Positions 49,501 to 61,800 of a stretch of 64,000 nt of DNA are shown here, piece by piece. This DNA comes from Eledone cirrhosa. Lineage: Eukaryota. Made by a program: the position numbers and the translations under genes. The stretch spans positions 372,310,001 through 372,374,000 of the forward strand of contig OZ024743.1 in the NCBI GenBank assembly GCA_964016885.1, read 5' to 3'. Position 1 is the first letter of the stretch. Every line of letters begins with the position of its first letter. A model generated the notes under the pieces. That model made no database searches, had not been told where the DNA came from, and saw only the letters and a list, made by a program, of their open reading frames with translations.

Positions 49501-52500
49501 GTATCAACACCATAGTCATAATTACTGTAAGACCACTGTATCAACACCATAGTCATAACTACTGAAAGTCCTCTCTATCAACACCATAGGTACAACTACT
49601 GTAAGACCACCGTATCAACACCATAGTCACAACTACTGTAAGACCACTGTATCAACACCACAGTTATAACTACTGTAAGACCACCGTATCAACACCATAG
49701 TCACAACTACTGTAAGACCACTGTATCAACACCACAGTCACAAATATTGTAAGACCACTGTATCAACTCAACAGTCACAACTAGAGTAAGACCAGTTTAT
49801 CAACACCATAGTCACAACTACTGTAAGACCACTGTATCAACACCACAGTCACAACTATTGTAAGACCACTGTATCAACACCATTGTCACAACTACTGTAA
49901 GACCACTGTATGAACACCATAGTCATAACTACTGAAAGTCCTCTGTATCAACACCATAGTCACAACTACTGTAAGACCATTGTATCAACACCACAGCCAC
50001 AACTACTGTAAGTCCACTGTATCAACACCACAGTCACAACTATTGTAAGACCACTGTATCATCACCATAGTCACAACTACTGTAAGACAACTGTATCAAG
50101 ACCATAGTCACAACTACTGTAAGATCACTGAATCAACACCATAGTCACAACTGCTGTAAAACCACTGTATCTACACCATAGTCATAACTACTGTAAGACC
50201 ACTGTATCAACACCATAGTCACAACTATTGTAAGACCACTGTATCAAGACCACAGTCACAACTACAGTAAGACCACTTCATCCACACCATAGTCACAACT
50301 ACTGTAAGACCACTGTATCAACACCATAGTCACAACTACTGTAAGGCCACTGTATCCACAGAATAGTCACAACTACTGTAAGACCACTATATCCACACCA
50401 TAGTTACAACTACTGTAAGACCACTGTATCAACACCACAGTCACAACTACTGTAAGACCACTGTATCAACACCACACTCACAACTACTGTTGGACCACTG
50501 TATCGACACCACAGTCACAACTACTGTAAGACCACTGTATCAACACCATAGACACAACTACTGTAAGACCACTGTATCAACAACACAGTCACAACTACTC
50601 TAAGACCACTGTATCAACACCCCAGTTACAACTGCTGTAACACCACTGTATCAACACCATAGTCATAACTACCGTAAGACCACTGTATCAACACCATAGT
50701 CACAACTACTGTAAGACCACTGTATCAACACCATAGTCATAACTACCGTAAGACCACTGTATCAACAGCATAGTCAGAAGACCACTGTATCAACACCATA
50801 GTCATAACTACAGTAAGACCACTGTATCAACACCATAGTCACAACTACTGTAAGACCACTGTATCAACACCATAGTCACAACTACTGTAAGACCACAGTA
50901 TCAACACCATAGTCACAACTACTGTAAGACCACTGTATCAACACTACAGTCATAACTACTCTAAGACCACTGTATCAAAACCATAGACACAACTATTGTA
51001 AGACCACTGTATCAACACCACAGTCACAACTACAGTAAGACCACTGTATCAACACCATAGTCACAACTACTGTAAGACCACAGTATCAACACTATAATCA
51101 CAACTACTGTAAGACCACTGCATCAACAACACAGTCACAACTACTCTAAGACCACTGTATCAACACCACAGTTACAACTACTGTAAGACCACTGTATCAA
51201 CACCACAGTCACAACTATTGTAAGACCACTGTATCAACACCATAGTCACAACTACTGTAAGACCACTGTATGAACACCATAGTCATAACTACTGAAAGTC
51301 CTCTGTATCAACACCATAGTCACAACTACTGTAAGACCATTGTATCAACACCACAGCCACAACTACTGTAAGTCCACTGTATCAACACCACAGTCACAAC
51401 TATTGTAAGACCACTGTATCATCACCATAGTCACAACTACTGTAAGACAACTGTATCAACACCATAGTCACAACTACTGTAAGATCACTGAATCAACACC
51501 ATAGTCACAACTACTGTAAGACTACTGAATCAACACCACAGTCACAACTACTGTAAGACCACCGTATCAACACCATAGTCATAATTACTGTAAGACCACT
51601 GTATCAACACCATAGTCATAACTACTGAAAGTCCTCTCTATCAACACCATAGGTACAACTACTGTAAGACCACCGTATCAACACCATAGTCACAACTACT
51701 GTAAGACCACTGTATCAACACCACAGTCATAACTACTGTAAGGCCACCGTATCAACACCATAGTCACAACTACTGTAAGACCACTGTATCAACACCACAG
51801 TCACAAATATTGTAAGACCACTGTATCAACTCAACAGTCACAACTAGAGTAAGACCAGTTTATCAACACCATAGTCACAACTACTGTAAGACCACTGTAT
51901 CAACACCATAGTCACAACTACTGTAAGACCACTGTATCAACACCATAGTCACAACTACTGTAAGACCACTGTATCAACACCATAGTCACAACTATTGTAA
52001 GACCACTGTATCAACTCAACAGTCACAACTAGAGTAAGACCACTTTATAAACACCATAGTCACAACTACTGTAAGACCACTGTATCAACACCATAGTCAC
52101 AACTGCTGTAAGACCATTGTATCAACACCATAGTCACAACTACTGTAAGACCACTGTATCAACACCATAGTCACAACTACTGTAAGACCACTGTATCAAC
52201 ACCATAGTCACAACTACTGTAAGACCACTGTATCAACACCATAGTCACAACTACTGTAAGACCACTGTATCAACACCATAGTCACAACTACTGTAAGACC
52301 ACTGTATCAACACCACAACCACAACTACTGTAAGACCACTGTATCAACACCATAGTCACAACTACCGTAAGATCACTGTATCAAGACCATAGTCACAACT
52401 ACTGTAAGACCACTGTATCAACACCATAGTCACAACTACTGTAAGACCACAGTATCAACACCATAGTCACAACTACTGTAAGACCACTGTATCAACACTA

Positions 52501-54892
52501 CAGTCATAACTACTCTAAGACCACTGTATCAAAACCATAGACACAACTATTGTAAGACCACTGTATCAACACCACAGTCACAACTACAGTAAGACCACTG
52601 TATCAACACCATAGTCACAACTACTGTAAGACCACAGTATCAACACCATAGTCACAACTACTGTAAGACCACTGCATCAACAACACAGTCACAACTACTC
52701 TAAGACCACTGTATCAACACCACAGTTACAACTACTGTAAGACCACTGTATCAACACCACAGTCACAACTATTGTAAGACCACTGTATCAACACCATAGT
52801 CACAACTACTGTAAGACCAATGTATGAACACCATAGTCATAACTACTGAAAGTCCTCTGTATCAACACCATAGTCACAACTACTGTAAGACCATTGTATC
52901 AACACCACAGCCACAACTACTGTAAGTCCACTGTATCAACACCACAGTCACAACTATTGTAAGACCACTGTATCATCACCATAGTCACAACTACTGTAAG
53001 ACAACTGTATCAACACCATAGTCACAACTACTGTAAGATCACTGAATCAACACCATTGTCACAACTGCTGTAAAACCACTGTATCTACACCATAGTCATA
53101 ACTACTGTAAGACCACTGTATCAACACCATAGTCACAACTATTGTAAGACCACTGTATCAAGACCACAGTCACAACTACAGTAAGACCACTTTATCCACA
53201 CCATAGTCACAACTACTGTAAGACCACTGTATGAACACCATAGTCACACCTACTCTAAGATCACTGTATCAACACCATAGTCACAACTACTGTAAGACCA
53301 CTGTATCAACACCATAGTCACAACTACTGTAAGGCCACTGTATCCACAGAATAGTCACAACTACTGTAAGACCACTGTATCCACACCATAGTTACAACTA
53401 CTGTAAGACCACTGTATCAACACCACAGTCACAACTACTGTAAGACCACTGTATCAACACCCCACTCACAACTACTGTTGGACCACTGTATCAACACCAC
53501 AGTCACAACTACTGTAAGACCACTGTATCAACACCATAGACACAACTACTGTAAGACCACTGTATCAACAACACATTCACAACTACTCTAAGACCACTGT
53601 ATCAACATCCCAGTTACAACTACTGTAAGACCACAGTATCAACACCTTAGTCACAACTACTGTACGACCACTGTATCAACACCATAGTCACAACTACTGT
53701 AAGACCACAGTATCAACGCCATAGTCACAACTACTGTAAGACCACTGTATCAACAATACAGTCATAACTACTCTAAGACCACTGTATCAACACCATAGTC
53801 ACAACTACTGTAAGGCCACTGTATCAACACCATAGTCATAACTACCGTAAGACCACTGTATCAACAGCATAGTCATAAGACCACTGTATCAACACCATAG
53901 TCATAACTACAGTAAGACCACTGTATCAACACCATAGTCACAACTACTGTAAGACCACTGTATCAACACCATAGTCACAACTACTGTAAGACCACAGTAT
54001 CAACACCATAGTCACAACTACTGTAAGACCACTGTATCAACACTACAGTCATAACTACTCTAAGACCACTGTATCAAAACCATAGACACAACTATTGTAA
54101 GACCACTGTATCAACACCACAGTCACAACTACAGTAAGACCACTGTATCAACACCATAGTCACAACTACTGTAAGACCACAGTATCAACACTATAGTCAC
54201 AACTACTGTAAGACCACTGCATCAACAACACAGTCACAACTACTCTAAGACCACTGTATCAACACCACAGTTACAACTACTGTAAGACCACTGTATCAAC
54301 ACCAGAGTCACAACTATTGTAAGACCACTGTATCAACACCATAGTCACAACTACTGTAAGACCACTGTATGAACACCATAGTCATAACTACTGAAAGTCC
54401 TCTGTATCAACACCATAGTCACAACTACTGTAAGACCATTGTATCAACACCACAGCCACAACTACTGTAAGTCCACTGTATCAACACCACAGTCACAACT
54501 ATTGTAAGACCACTGTATCATCACCATAGTCACAACTACTGTAAGACAACTGTATCAACACCATAGTCACAACTACTGTAAGATCACTGAATCAACACCA
54601 TAGTCACAACTACTGTAAGACTACTGAATCAACACCACAGTCACAACTACTGTAAGACCACCGTATCAACACCATAGTCATAATTACTGTAAGACCACTG
54701 TATCAACACCATAGTCATAACTACTGAAAGTCCTCTCTATCAACACCATAGGTACAACTACTGTAAGACCACCGTATCAACACCATAGTCACAACTACTG
54801 TAAGACCACTGTATCAACACCACAGTTATAACTACTGTAAGACCACCGTATCAACACCATAGTCACAACTACTGTAAGACCACTGTATCAAC
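31081..54892. repeat. Large near-identical tandem duplication, period 11,934 bp (copy 1 about 31081-43014; copy 2 about 43015-54892)
   Basis: Constant offset 11,934 for independent rare markers: AACACAATATTT 31651/43585, GACGCA 31845/43779, AAGACCAGGG 34551/46485, TTGG 36493/48427, CAGAAG 38841/50775, CGACC 41731/53665, GTTATA 42891/54825. Confidence 0.95.
35820..39970. repeat. Nested tandem duplication, period 2063 bp (56 monomers including one short unit); repeated at +11,934
   Basis: TTGG at 36493/38556 and CATAGGT at 37651/39714. 2063 = 56x37 - 9. Confidence 0.88.
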
Positions 54893-57800
54893 TCAACAGT
54901 CACAACTAGAGTAAGACCAGTTTATCAACACCATAGTCACAACTACTGTAAGACCACTGTATCAACACCACAGTCACAACTATTGTAAGACCACTGTATC
55001 AACACCATTGTCACAACTACTGTAAGACCACTGTATGAACACCATAGTCATAACTACTGAAAGTCCTCTGTATCAACACCATAGTCACAACTACTGTAAG
55101 ACCATTGTATCAACACCACAGCCACAACTACTGTAAGTCCACTGTATCAACACCACAGTCACAACTATTGTAAGACCACTGTATCATCACCATAGTCACA
55201 ACTACTGTAAGACAACTGTATCAAGACCATAGTCACAACTACTGTAAGATCACTGAATCAACACCATAGTCACAACTGCTGTAAAACCACTGTATCTACA
55301 CCATAGTCATAACTACTGTAAGACCACTGTATCAACACCATAGTCACAACTATTGTAAGACCACTGTATCAAGACCACAGTCACAACTACAGTAAGACCA
55401 CTTCATCCACACCATAGTCACAACTACTGTAAGACCACTGTATCAACACCATAGTCACAACTACTGTAAGGCCACTGTATCCACAGAATAGTCACAACTA
55501 CTGTAAGACCACTATATCCACACCATAGTTACAACTACTGTAAGACCACTGTATCAACACCACAGTCACAACTACTGTAAGACCACTGTATCAACACCAC
55601 ACTCACAACTACTGTTGGACCACTGTATCGACACCACAGTCACAACTACTGTAAGACCACTGTATCAACACCATAGACACAACTACTGTAAGACCACTGT
55701 ATCAACAACACAGTCACAACTACTCTAAGACCACTGTATCAACACCCCAGTTACAACTGCTGTAACACCACTGTATCAACACCATAGTCATAACTACCGT
55801 AAGACCACTGTATCAACACCATAGTCACAACTACTGTAAGACCACTGTATCAACACCATAGTCATAACTACCGTAAGACCACTGTATCAACAGCATAGTC
55901 ATAAGACCACTGTATCAACACCATAGTCATAACTACAGTAAGACCACTGTATCAACACCATAGTCACAACTACTGTAAGACCACTGTATCAACACCATAG
56001 TCACAACTACTGTAAGACCACAGTATCAACACCATAGTCACAACTACTGTAAGACCACTGTATCAACACTACAGTCATAACTACTCTAAGACCACTGTAT
56101 CAAAACCATAGACACAACTATTGTAAGACCACTGTATCAACACCACAGTCACAACTACAGTAAGACCACTGTATCAACACCATAGTCACAACTACTGTAA
56201 GACCACAGTATCAACACTATAATCACAACTACTGTAAGACCACTGCATCAACAACACAGTCACAACTACTCTAAGACCACTGTATCAACACCACAGTTAC
56301 AACTACTGTAAGACCACTGTATCAACACCACAGTCACAACTATTGTAAGACCACTGTATCAACACCATAGTCACAACTACTGTAAGACCACTGTATGAAC
56401 ACCATAGTCATAACTACTGAAAGTCCTCTGTATCAACACCATAGTCACAACTACTGTAAGACCATTGTATCAACACCACAGCCACAACTACTGTAAGTCC
56501 ACTGTATCAACACCACAGTCACAACTATTGTAAGACCACTGTATCATCACCATAGTCACAACTACTGTAAGACAACTGTATCAACACCATAGTCACAACT
56601 ACTGTAAGATCACTGAATCAACACCATAGTCACAACTACTGTAAGACTACTGAATCAACACCACAGTCACAACTACTGTAAGACCACCGTATCAACACCA
56701 TAGTCATAATTACTGTAAGACCACTGTATCAACACCATAGTCATAACTACTGAAAGTCCTCTCTATCAACACCATAGGTACAACTACTGTAAGACCACCG
56801 TATCAACACCATAGTCACAACTACTGTAAGACCACTGTATCAACACCACAGTCATAACTACTGTAAGACCACCGTATCAACACCATAGTCACAACTACTG
56901 TAAGACCACTGTATCAACACCACAGTCACAAATATTGTAAGACCACTGTATCAACTCAACAGTCACAACTAGAGTAAGACCAGTTTATCAACACCATAGT
57001 CACAACTACTGTAAGACCACTGTATCAACACCATAGTCACAACTACTGTAAGACCACTGTATCAACACCATAGTCACAACTACTGTAAGACCACTGTATC
57101 AACACCATAGTCACAACTATTGTAAGACCACTGTATCAACTCAACAGTCACAACTAGAGTAAGACCACTTTATAAACACCATAGTCACAACTACTGTAAG
57201 ACCACTGTATCAACACCATAGTCACAACTGCTGTAAGACCATTGTATCAACACCATAGTCACAACTACTGTAAGACCACTGTATCAACACCATAGTCACA
57301 ACTACTGTAAGACCACTGTATCAACACCATAGTCACAACTACTGTAAGACCACTGTATCAACACCATAGTCACAACTACTGTAAGACCACTGTATCAACA
57401 CCATAGTCACAACTACTGTAAGACCACTGTATCAACACCACAGCCACAACTACTGTAAGACCACTGTATCAACACCATAGTCACAACTACCGTAAGATCA
57501 CTGTATCAAGACCATAGTCACAACTACTGTAAGACCACTGTATCAACACCATAGTCACAACTACTGTAAGACCACAGTATCAACACCATAGTCACAACTA
57601 CTGTAAGACCACTGTATCAACACTACAGTCATAACTACTCTAAGACCACTGTATCAAAACCATAGACACAACTATTGTAAGACCACTGTATCAACACCAC
57701 AGTCACAACTACAGTAAGACCACTGTATCAACACCATAGTCACAACTACTGTAAGACCACAGTATCAACACCATAGTCACAACTACTGTAAGACCACTGC

Positions 57801-58830
57801 ATCAACAACACAGTCACAACTACTCTAAGACCACTGTATCAACACCACAGTTACAACTACTGTAAGACCACTGTATCAACACCACAGTCACAACTATTGT
57901 AAGACCACTGTATCAACACCATAGTCACAACTACTGTAAGACCAATGTATGAACACCATAGTCATAACTACTGAAAGTCCACTGTATCAACACCACAGTC
58001 ACAACTATTGTAAGACCACTGTATCATCACCATAGTCACAACTACTGTAAGACAACTGTATCAACACCATAGTCACAACTACTGTAAGATCACTGAATCA
58101 ACACCATTGTCACAACTGCTGTAAAACCACTGTATCTACACCATAGTCATAACTACTGTAAGACCACTGTATCAACACCATAGTCACAACTATTGTAAGA
58201 CCACTGTATCAAGACCACAGTCACAACTACAGTAAGACCACTTTATCCACACCATAGTCACAACTACTGTAAGACCACTGTATGAACACCATAGTCACAC
58301 CTACTCTAAGATCACTGTATCAACACCATAGTCACAACTACTGTAAGACCACTGTATCAACACCATAGTCACAACTACTGTAAGGCCACTGTATCCACAG
58401 AATAGTCACAACTACTGTAAGACCACTGTATCCACACCATAGTTACAACTACTGTAAGACCACTGTATCAACACCACAGTCACAACTACTGTAAGACCAC
58501 TGTATCAACACCCCACTCACAACTACTGTTGGACCACTGTATCAACACCACAGTCACAACTACTGTAAGACCACTGTATCAACACCATAGACACAACTAC
58601 TGTAAGACCACTGTATCAACAACACATTCACAACTACTCTAAGACCACTGTATCAACATCCCAGTTACAACTACTGTAAGACCACAGTATCAACACCTTA
58701 GTCACAACTACTGTACGACCACTGTATCAACACCATAGTCACAACTACTGTAAGACCACAGTATCAACGCCATAGTCACAACTACTGTAAGACCACTGTA
58801 TCAACAATACAGTCATAACTACTCTAAGAC
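48640..58830. repeat. Tandem duplication of about 5.1 kb (offset 5162, then 5125, then 5051 after loss of 1 and then 2 monomers)
   Basis: AGGCC 48651/53813 and CAGAG 49141/54303 (5162). GTTT 49795/54920, CACTAT 50385/55510 and CCAA 52817/57942 (5125). TTGG 53478/58529 and CGACC 53665/58716 (5051). Confidence 0.9.
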
Positions 58831-61800
58831 CACTGTATCAAAACCATAGACACAACTATTGTAAGACCACTGTATCAACACCACAGTCACAACTACAGTA
58901 AGACCACTGTATCAACACCATAGTCACAACTACTGTAAGACCACAGTATCAACACCATAGTCACAACTACTGTAAGACCACTGCATCAACAACACAGTAA
59001 CAACTACTCTAAGACCACTGTATCAACACCACAAATACAACTACTGTAAGACCACTGTATCAACACCACAGTCACAACTATTGTAAGACCACTGTATCAA
59101 CACCATAGTCACAACTACTGTAAGACCACTGTATGAACACCATAGTCATAACTACTGAAAGTCCTCTGTATCAACACCATAGTCACAACTACTGTTTAGA
59201 CCACTGTATCAACACCACAGTCATAACTACTGTAAGACCACTGTATCAACACCATAGTCATAACTACCGTAAGACCACTGTATCAACACCATAGTCACAA
59301 CTACTGTAAGACCACTGTATCAACACCATAGTCACAACTACTGTAAGACCAGTGTATCAACACCATAGTCACAACTATTGTAAGACCACTGTATCAACTC
59401 AACAGTCACAACTAGAGTAAGACAACTTTATCAACACCATAGTCACAACTACTGTAAGACCACTGTATCAACACCATAGTCACAACTACTGTAAGGCCAC
59501 TGTATCAACACCACAATTACAACTGCTGTATGACCATTGTATCAACACCATAGTCACAACTACTGTAAGACCACTGTATCAACACCATAGTCACAACTAC
59601 TGTAAGGCCACTGTATCAACACCATAGTCACAACTACTGTAAGACCACTGTATCAACACCATAGTCACAACTACTGTAAGACCACTGTATCAACACCATT
59701 GTCACAACTACTGTAAGACCACTGTATCAACACCACAGCCACAACTACTGTAAGACCACTGTATCAACACCATAGTCACAACTACCGTAAGACCACTGTA
59801 TCAAGACCATAGTCACAACTACTGTAAGACCACTGTATCAACACCATAGTCACAACTACAGTAAGACCACTGTATCAACACCATAGTCACAACTACTGTA
59901 AGACCACTGTATCAACACCATAGTCGCAACTACTGTAAGACCACTGTATCAACACCATAGTCACAACTACTGTAAGACCACTGTATCAACACCATAGTCA
60001 CAACTACTGTAAGACCACTGTATCAACACCATAGTCACAACTACTGTAAGACCACTGTATCAACACCACAGCCACAACTACTGTAAGACCACTGTATCAA
60101 CACCACAGCCACAACTACTGTAAGACCACTGTATCAACACCATAGTCACAACTACTGTAAGACCACTGTATCAACACCATAGTCACAACTACTGTAAGAC
60201 CACTGTATCAACACCACAGTCATAACTAATGTAAGACCACTGTATCAACACCACAGTCATAACTACTGTAAGACCACTGTATCAACACCACAGCCACAAC
60301 TACTGTAAGACCGCTGTATCAACACCACAGCCACAACTACTGTAAGACCACTGTATCAACACCATAGTCACAACTACTTTAAGACCACTGTATCAACACC
60401 ATAGTCACAACTACTGTAAGACCACTGTATCAACACCACAGCCACAACTACTGTAAGACCACTGTATCAACACCACAGCCACAACTACTGTAAGACCACT
60501 GTATCAACACCATAGTCACAACTACTGTAAGACCACTGTATCAACACCATTGTCACAACTACTGTAAGACCACTGTATCAACACCATAGTCACAACTACT
60601 GTAAGACCACTGTATCAACACCACAGTCATAACTAATGTAAGACCACTGTATCAGCACCACAGTCATAACTACTGTAAGACCACTGTATCAACACCATAG
60701 TCACAACTACTGTAAGACCACTGTATCAACACCATAGTCACAACTACAGTAAGACCACTGTATCAACACCGTAGTCACAACTACTGTAAGACCACTGTAT
60801 CAACACCACAGTCATAACTAATGTAAGACCACTGTATCCACACCATAGTCACAACTACTGTAAGACCACTGTATCAACACAATAGGTACAACTACTGTAA
60901 GACCAATGTATCAACATCACTGTATCAACACCCCACTCACAACTACTGTAAGACCACTGTATCAACACCACAGTCACAACTACTGTAAGACCACTGTATC
61001 AACACCATAGTCACAACTACTGTAAGACCACTGTATCAACAACACAGACGCAACTACTCTAAGACCTCTATATCCACACCATGGTCATAACTACTGTAAG
61101 ACCACTGTATCAACACCATAATCACAACTACTGCAAGACCACTGTATCAAAACCATAGTCACAACTACTGTAAGATCACTGTATCGACACCATAGTCACA
61201 ACTACTGTAAAAACACTGTATCAACACCATAGTCACAACTACTGTAAGTCCACTGTATCAACACCATAGTCACAACTACTGTAAGTCCACTGTATCAAAA
61301 CCATAGTCACAACTACTGTAAGACCACTGTATCAACAGAACAGTCACAACTAATGTAAGACCACTGTATCAACACCATAGTCAAAACTAGTGTAAGATCA
61401 CTGTATCAACACCATAGTCACAACTACTGTAAGACTACTGAATCAACACCACAGTCACAATTACTGTAAGACCACTGTATCAACGCCACAGCCACAACTA
61501 CTCTAAGACCACTGTATCAACACCATAGTCACAACTACTGTAAGACCACTGTATCAATACCACAGTCACAACTACTGTAAGATCACTGTATCAACACCAC
61601 AGTCACAACTACTGTAAGTCCACTGTATCAACACCATAGTCACAACTACTGTAAGTCCACTGTATCAACACCATAGTCACAACTACTGTAAGACCACTGT
61701 ATCAACACCACAGTCACAACTACTGTAAGACCACTGTATCAACACCTCAGTCACAACTACTGTAAGACCACTGTATCAACACCATAGTCACAACTACTGT

